The position numbers and the translations under genes are program-made. From positions 64,628 to 128,627 of IMG/VR virus record IMGVR_UViG_3300018890_000001: a stretch of 64,000 nt of DNA. One strand, written 5' to 3'. Positions 59,622 through 64,000 of the stretch are shown here, piece after piece. This stretch comes from a virus. The notes below the pieces were generated by a model that was not told the DNA's origin, did not search any database, and saw only the letters and a program-made list of their open reading frames with translations. The stretch's first letter is position 1, and every line of letters starts with the position of its first letter.

Positions 59622-60413
59622 TTAACCAAATACCGAGAGTTTACCTGACGCAACGCTGCGTAAGGCGTCTAATGCGGTTCCAGTATCGCTCTGGAAGTAT
59701 TTTGCCAGTGTCGGGTATAGCCTGGACGCTAGTGCGGCATCTTCTTCTGGATATGGTTCTTGTGGGAATGCCAGTCCAACGATACAGTGTGACCAGTCCT
59801 TCATATTAAACCGGAAGTCACCTGTTTCTATTTCTCGAAGTGAGTTTCGCGCAAATTCAATTTCTTCAGCTTTCGTACCTAGTCCAGTTGCGCCAGTTAG
59901 GATTGCGCCTGTCAAATCAGCCTCACTTAGATCGACCAAACTCAAATTAGCATTAGTTAAGTTTGTGCCAACTAGCGTTGCCTTAGTTAGGTCAGCTTCT
60001 TTTAGATTAGCGAAGCTCAAGTTAGCGTTAGTTAAATCGACTTGAACCAGATCTGAACATTCAAGATGTGCGCCGGATAAATTAGCATTTATCAAGATGG
60101 CGCGATCGAATCGTGCATACGTTATCTTTGCAATTTGCGCATTTGCGTTCGTTAGATTTGCGCCTCGAAAGTCCGCATTATGTAAAGTCGCTGAAGAAAG
60201 ATCCGCATCGGTTAAATTCGCATCTTCAAAACAAGCTTCCGTCAGCAACGCGCCATTCAAACGACAACCGATCAGATCCGCCTTAGTAAAACTTGCTCGT
60301 GACAATTGGGCATAAGATAATCTTGTGCCGATTAAGTTGCATTCACTGAAATCCTGAGCGCCTAGTTTTTCTGCACTTAGGTCAACTCCAGCGTAATCTG
60401 CTTTGTATGTCAT
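59622..60413 (-). CDS. pentapeptide repeat protein
   Basis: Over 30 A(D/N)Lxx repeats plus a C-terminal domain; promoter TATAAT-N6-GTAGT. Confidence 0.9.
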   Translation of the reverse strand: MTYKADYAGVDLSAEKLGAQDFSECNLIGTRLSYAQLSRASFTKADLIGCRLNGALLTEACFEDANLTDADLSSATLHNADFRGANLTNANAQIAKITYARFDRAILINANLSGAHLECSDLVQVDLTNANLSFANLKEADLTKATLVGTNLTNANLSLVDLSEADLTGAILTGATGLGTKAEEIEFARNSLREIETGDFRFNMKDWSHCIVGLAFPQEPYPEEDAALASRLYPTLAKYFQSDTGTALDALRSVASGKLSVFG

Positions 60414-60571
60414 AGAGTTGAGATATAAACTACTTCTTTATTATATTATTTGGTATTGAATATGTAAAGAAAATATAACTTTCTTGAGGTACTGTTGATG
60501 TTAAAATAAAAAACAAACCAACCGCGTTACGGGCGATCGGTTTGTAAAAGTCACATTAATTGGTTCACCAT

Positions 60572-61366
60572 ATGACAGACAACATTGTACACATCCCTGA
60601 AGAAATTCGCAACGAGTTCAGAATTGACGCTGGCGGTAAAGCCTTTGTCTCTATTCGAGGTGCAGCTCGCTTAGCCGATGTCAGTCACGTCGCCCTGATC
60701 AAGGCATTTGAGGGCGGTAACATGAGTCAAACAAAATTGGCTGAAATGCTTATTGCGTCTGGCTTTGACCCTGGTAACTTTACTGAAGTAGGTATCCCAG
60801 ATATTGCTTTGTCAATAATCTTGAAATATTATGCATACAAGGCGAAGCGAACCACTGAACAGGCAGAGCGGTTTTACGATGCCATGAGTGCGATCGGTAT
60901 CAGGACTTGGATACACCAGCAATTAGGCTGGCATTCAGCGCTAAGCCTAGCTCCGTTTTGGTATCAGCGACTGACCTTATTCTTAAAACAAAACAAGGTT
61001 CCAGTGGGATACTTTTCAATCTTCCAAGAAACAATCATGCTAGTCAGTGAGTTAGAAACAGCCGGATACATCATACCTGACAATGCAGTACCTGATATTT
61101 CAATTGGACTTTGTTGGGCAAAGCATTTACGCAGCGAAGGTGTTGAACCGAATGAAGTAGCTGTTGTGTATCCACACAAATATCCAGACCATCGCAACAT
61201 AGTAAACGCAAATGCGTATCCCGAAGAAATGTTGCCCAAGTTTCGGAAATGGTTCAGGGAAACATACAAGCCAGTGAAACTTCCAGCTTACTTAGCAGGT
61301 AAAGATTCCGCTGCGCTGCCAGCGCTCAGCAAAATGCTCGACATCCCGATCGCCCTTCTGAAATAA
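60572..61366 (+). CDS. BstA-like DNA-binding/abortive-infection protein
   Basis: SIRGAARLA.V.H, ILKYYAY.A, VPVGYFSIF.E, PDISIG..WAKH, Y.H.YPD, YP...L..FR.W.RE.Y. Confidence 0.65.
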   Translation: MTDNIVHIPEEIRNEFRIDAGGKAFVSIRGAARLADVSHVALIKAFEGGNMSQTKLAEMLIASGFDPGNFTEVGIPDIALSIILKYYAYKAKRTTEQAERFYDAMSAIGIRTWIHQQLGWHSALSLAPFWYQRLTLFLKQNKVPVGYFSIFQETIMLVSELETAGYIIPDNAVPDISIGLCWAKHLRSEGVEPNEVAVVYPHKYPDHRNIVNANAYPEEMLPKFRKWFRETYKPVKLPAYLAGKDSAALPALSKMLDIPIALLK

Positions 61367-61419
61367 AACAAACAAAAAGCTCGCAAGTAATTAATATTAC
61401 TTGCGAGCTTTTCACTAGA

Positions 61420-61986
61420 TTAATCTAGGTTTTGAGGGTTTACGTTAATACGACAATTAGGTAATTTGTCGCGCAGCCAGACAATATTGTCGTCGCTAAT
61501 TGGATTGTTACTAATGTCGAGCCAAGTCAGATTAGTCAAAGCAGCTAAAGGCTTAACCTCACTAATTTGATTATTTTTGAGATCGAGTGTTTTTAGCCCA
61601 TTCAATGACGTTAGTGGTTGAATATCGCAAATTTGATTGTTATTGAGGTATATATCTCTCGGTGAGGTCAAAGATGCCAATGGTTCAACGTTTTTGATTT
61701 GATTGCCACTAAGATAGATCCACATCAGTCTAGTCAAAGATGCTAGCGGTTTGATGTCACTAATTTGGTTGTCGCCAAGATAAAGTGTCATCAGTTCAAT
61801 TAAAGACGCGAGCGGTTTAATGTCGCAGATTTGATTTGCTGTGAGATCAAGGCAGTTCAAGCCAATTAAATAGGCTAGTGGCTCGACATCGCTGATCTGA
61901 CTGTCCCGGAGGTAAAGTCTTGCAGGATGGTTTTTTCTTTGCGATCGATTCTGGTTCAAAACATTTTGGGTGTGTTGAATTGTCAT
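61420..61986 (-). CDS. internalin-type leucine-rich repeat protein
   Basis: About 6 repeats of 22 aa, L.L..NQI.DI.PLASL..L. Confidence 0.88.
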   Translation of the reverse strand: MTIQHTQNVLNQNRSQRKNHPARLYLRDSQISDVEPLAYLIGLNCLDLTANQICDIKPLASLIELMTLYLGDNQISDIKPLASLTRLMWIYLSGNQIKNVEPLASLTSPRDIYLNNNQICDIQPLTSLNGLKTLDLKNNQISEVKPLAALTNLTWLDISNNPISDDNIVWLRDKLPNCRINVNPQNLD

Positions 61987-62128
61987 TGTTTTGCGATCTC
62001 TTGATTGACTACATTATTATTTTATCTGTTTACGCTTTATTAGTCAACGTGATTACATATAAAAAGCCTCGCAAGATTAATTGATCTTGCGAGGCTTTTT
62101 TATTCATAAAACAAAGACGGAAATATCG

Positions 62129-62374
62129 TTAGTTAAGGTCAGGAGTTTCTATCTTTCCTGCGTAATCGCCTGCACGATCGAAGAGGCTTCCATCTTTGTG
62201 CATTGTTACTTCTTTACCGTAATCTCTGAGATTCCGAGCAAGGCATTCTTCGCTTGCTCTGTCGTAATAATTCGTTCCTTTTCCTTGTACTTTTCCTATT
62301 TTTTTGCTTTTTTTCGTTGCGGTGTTTAGGATATACCAAAAATTTGATGAAGTGTTTAGATTTACGATCCACAT
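62129..62374 (-). CDS. hypothetical protein
   Basis: Followed by a hairpin at 62061-62101. Confidence 0.6.
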   Translation of the reverse strand: MWIVNLNTSSNFWYILNTATKKSKKIGKVQGKGTNYYDRASEECLARNLRDYGKEVTMHKDGSLFDRAGDYAGKIETPDLN

Positions 62375-62558
62375 AATCTTTAGCCTTGTTTTTGAATTGT
62401 GCTTGTGTTTTATTATAATAAATTATAGTTTTTAAAGCAATTAAAATACTTCGCAAATTAATTAAATGATTTTCTGACTGATAAGTGATCGGATTTCGAT
62501 AGTAAAAAGCCCGCAAGTGATTAATACTACTTGCGGGCTTTTATTACTAATTTTCGTG

Positions 62559-62762
62559 TTAACTGTGCATTGCAATGTGCAAAGAAGATACGTCAGCATC
62601 GTAACTTGGAGAGGTGCTACTTAAAGTCAAGGGCGCTGACCTGTGTTTAAGGTAAACATAGGTGCTCCTCCAGCTTGTTACATTGTCTGTTTTTTGAACA
62701 TTCCACTCAATGTATTGCACTTGAGTTAAATCAATTGTACAAGTCGATAATGCTAATTTCAT
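62559..62762 (-). CDS. hypothetical protein
   Basis: TIDLTQVQYIEW motif; hairpin at 62504-62541. Confidence 0.6.
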   Translation of the reverse strand: MKLALSTCTIDLTQVQYIEWNVQKTDNVTSWRSTYVYLKHRSAPLTLSSTSPSYDADVSSLHIAMHS

Positions 62763-62957
62763 TTTACAACACAGTAAAGATCATATGCTTATATTAAAGG
62801 AAAATTAGCTTCTCGTCAAGTTATCACCGATCGCCCGCAATAGATAATCTAATCAGGAAGTATTGAAATCTTACATCAGCATTCGTGATTAATTGAGTGA
62901 TGATGTAACTGGAGTTATATAATTGATCTAATCAATCGTAAGTAGTGGATCGATCTA

Positions 62958-64000
62958 ATGTACAAATTAAGAGATTACCAACAGGAATTAGAGGATGAGA
63001 TTTTTAAACTGTGGGCGATCGGTACTCGCTGTATCATGGTTCAATTGCCGACAGGTGGGGGCAAAACTAAGACGTTCGGTAGTATTACACACAAACAATT
63101 AGACATTGGTTGGCGTGTTTTAGTAATTGCCCACAGAGAGGAATTGATATTCCAAGCCAAGAAAGAAATTGAAGAAGCGTCTGGTCATTCGGCAGGAATT
63201 ATTAAAAGTGGGCACACACCTAGTCCGCTATTCGCGCTACAAGTGGCCTCGATTCAGACCTTGACCAAATACAAAACCATGCCGCCATTCGATCTGATAA
63301 TTATCGACGAGGCACACCACGCCTGTAGTCGCAGTTACACGCGAGTGATGGAGCAGTACCCAAATGCAAAAATCCTGGGCTTTACAGCAACACCGTGTCG
63401 CAACGACGGTCAGGGTTTTAAGTATTTGTTCGAGAAATTGATCTGCGGACCAACGACACGAGAGTTAATTGAGCGCGGACATCTATGCCCGTATACGCTG
63501 TTTGAAGCAGGAAAAACGGTCGATACAAGCAAGGTTAAGAAAAACGGTGAGGGTGACTTTAATACCAAGCAGTTAAGTGAAACCGTTGCAAATCAAATCG
63601 AACCCGACGACGTAGTTCGCGAATGGCTGGATAAGGCGAAGGATAAGCAAACAGTAGTGTTTGCGGTAGATGTTGAAAGAAGCAAGGAATACGCTGAAGC
63701 ATTTTGCAGGGCGGGGATTCCTGCGGAACACTTAGATGGAGAAACAGAAAAAGACGATCGCCGAGAAATCTTAAAACGCTTTGCACTAGGTGAAACACTC
63801 ATCCTTTGCAACTGTGGGATTATTTCGGAAGGTGTCGATATTCCTGGTATTGTCGCAGCCCTGATTGTACGTCCGACAGGAAGCTTGAGCCTATGGCGAC
63901 AAATGGCGGGTCGCGTATTACGAAATGCCAAAGGTAAAACGACTGCGATTATTGTCGATTTCTCACAAGCGCGCGCCAGGAAAAGATTGGGTCTTCCCGA
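62958..64000 (+). CDS. superfamily 2 DEAH (SSL2/ResIII-like) helicase, runs off the window (missing from the ORF track)
   Basis: LRDYQ, LPTGGGKT, IIDEAHH, GFTATP, SEGVDIP, QMAGRVLR. Confidence 0.92.
   Translation, partial: MYKLRDYQQELEDEIFKLWAIGTRCIMVQLPTGGGKTKTFGSITHKQLDIGWRVLVIAHREELIFQAKKEIEEASGHSAGIIKSGHTPSPLFALQVASIQTLTKYKTMPPFDLIIIDEAHHACSRSYTRVMEQYPNAKILGFTATPCRNDGQGFKYLFEKLICGPTTRELIERGHLCPYTLFEAGKTVDTSKVKKNGEGDFNTKQLSETVANQIEPDDVVREWLDKAKDKQTVVFAVDVERSKEYAEAFCRAGIPAEHLDGETEKDDRREILKRFALGETLILCNCGIISEGVDIPGIVAALIVRPTGSLSLWRQMAGRVLRNAKGKTTAIIVDFSQARARKRLGLP

Noticed and set aside
63559-63931. Minus-strand ORFs at the window end and similar shadow ORFs elsewhere (e.g. 1422, 2540, 6822, 17791, 40591, 54295)
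   Set aside because: They lie antisense to or within well-supported genes and show no motifs.
1-64000. Genome-wide TAG reassignment
   Set aside because: Many genes end in TAG directly before terminators (e.g. 8414, 15024, 56391) and long genes are open in the standard code.
1-64000. tRNA, rRNA, reverse transcriptase/DGR, integrase or transposase
   Set aside because: No cloverleaf with TTCGA arm and acceptor stem, no YxDD RT ORF, no adenine-specific TR/VR pair and no recombinase motifs were recognised.

Overview
A 64-kb segment of a large contractile-tailed (myovirus-like) cyanophage, possibly temperate or a phage-plasmid. Virion and packaging genes are scattered singly on both strands: terminase small subunit, portal, baseplate J, P2 gpI-like wedge, gp25-like wedge, hub chaperones, a tube-initiator-like protein and fibre/spike proteins. 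Between them lie dozens of small single-gene units, most with a sigma70-like promoter and a long bidirectional hairpin. A cyanobacterial host is indicated by dense HIP1-like GGCGATCG/CGATCGCC motifs, a cyAbrB-type regulator, and pentapeptide, LRR and TIGR03032 genes. Main signals: (1) a ~290-nt promoter- and terminator-bounded structured ncRNA candidate at 11.1-11.45 kb; (2) four copies of a 21-nt element inserted into the GATC core of HIP1-like sites, two adding 7 aa in frame and one breaking a gene; (3) about 18 promoters with GTAGT 6 nt (twice 7 nt) after the -10 box; (4) a HIP1-armed ~45-bp palindrome family separating gene cassettes; (5) five orphan antitoxins, three acidic Ocr-like paralogs and a BstA-like gene; (6) hairpin plus U-tract elements abutting the start codons of structural genes. 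No CRISPR array, tRNA, rRNA, integrase or reverse transcriptase was seen. All family assignments come from motif recognition by eye, not database searches.
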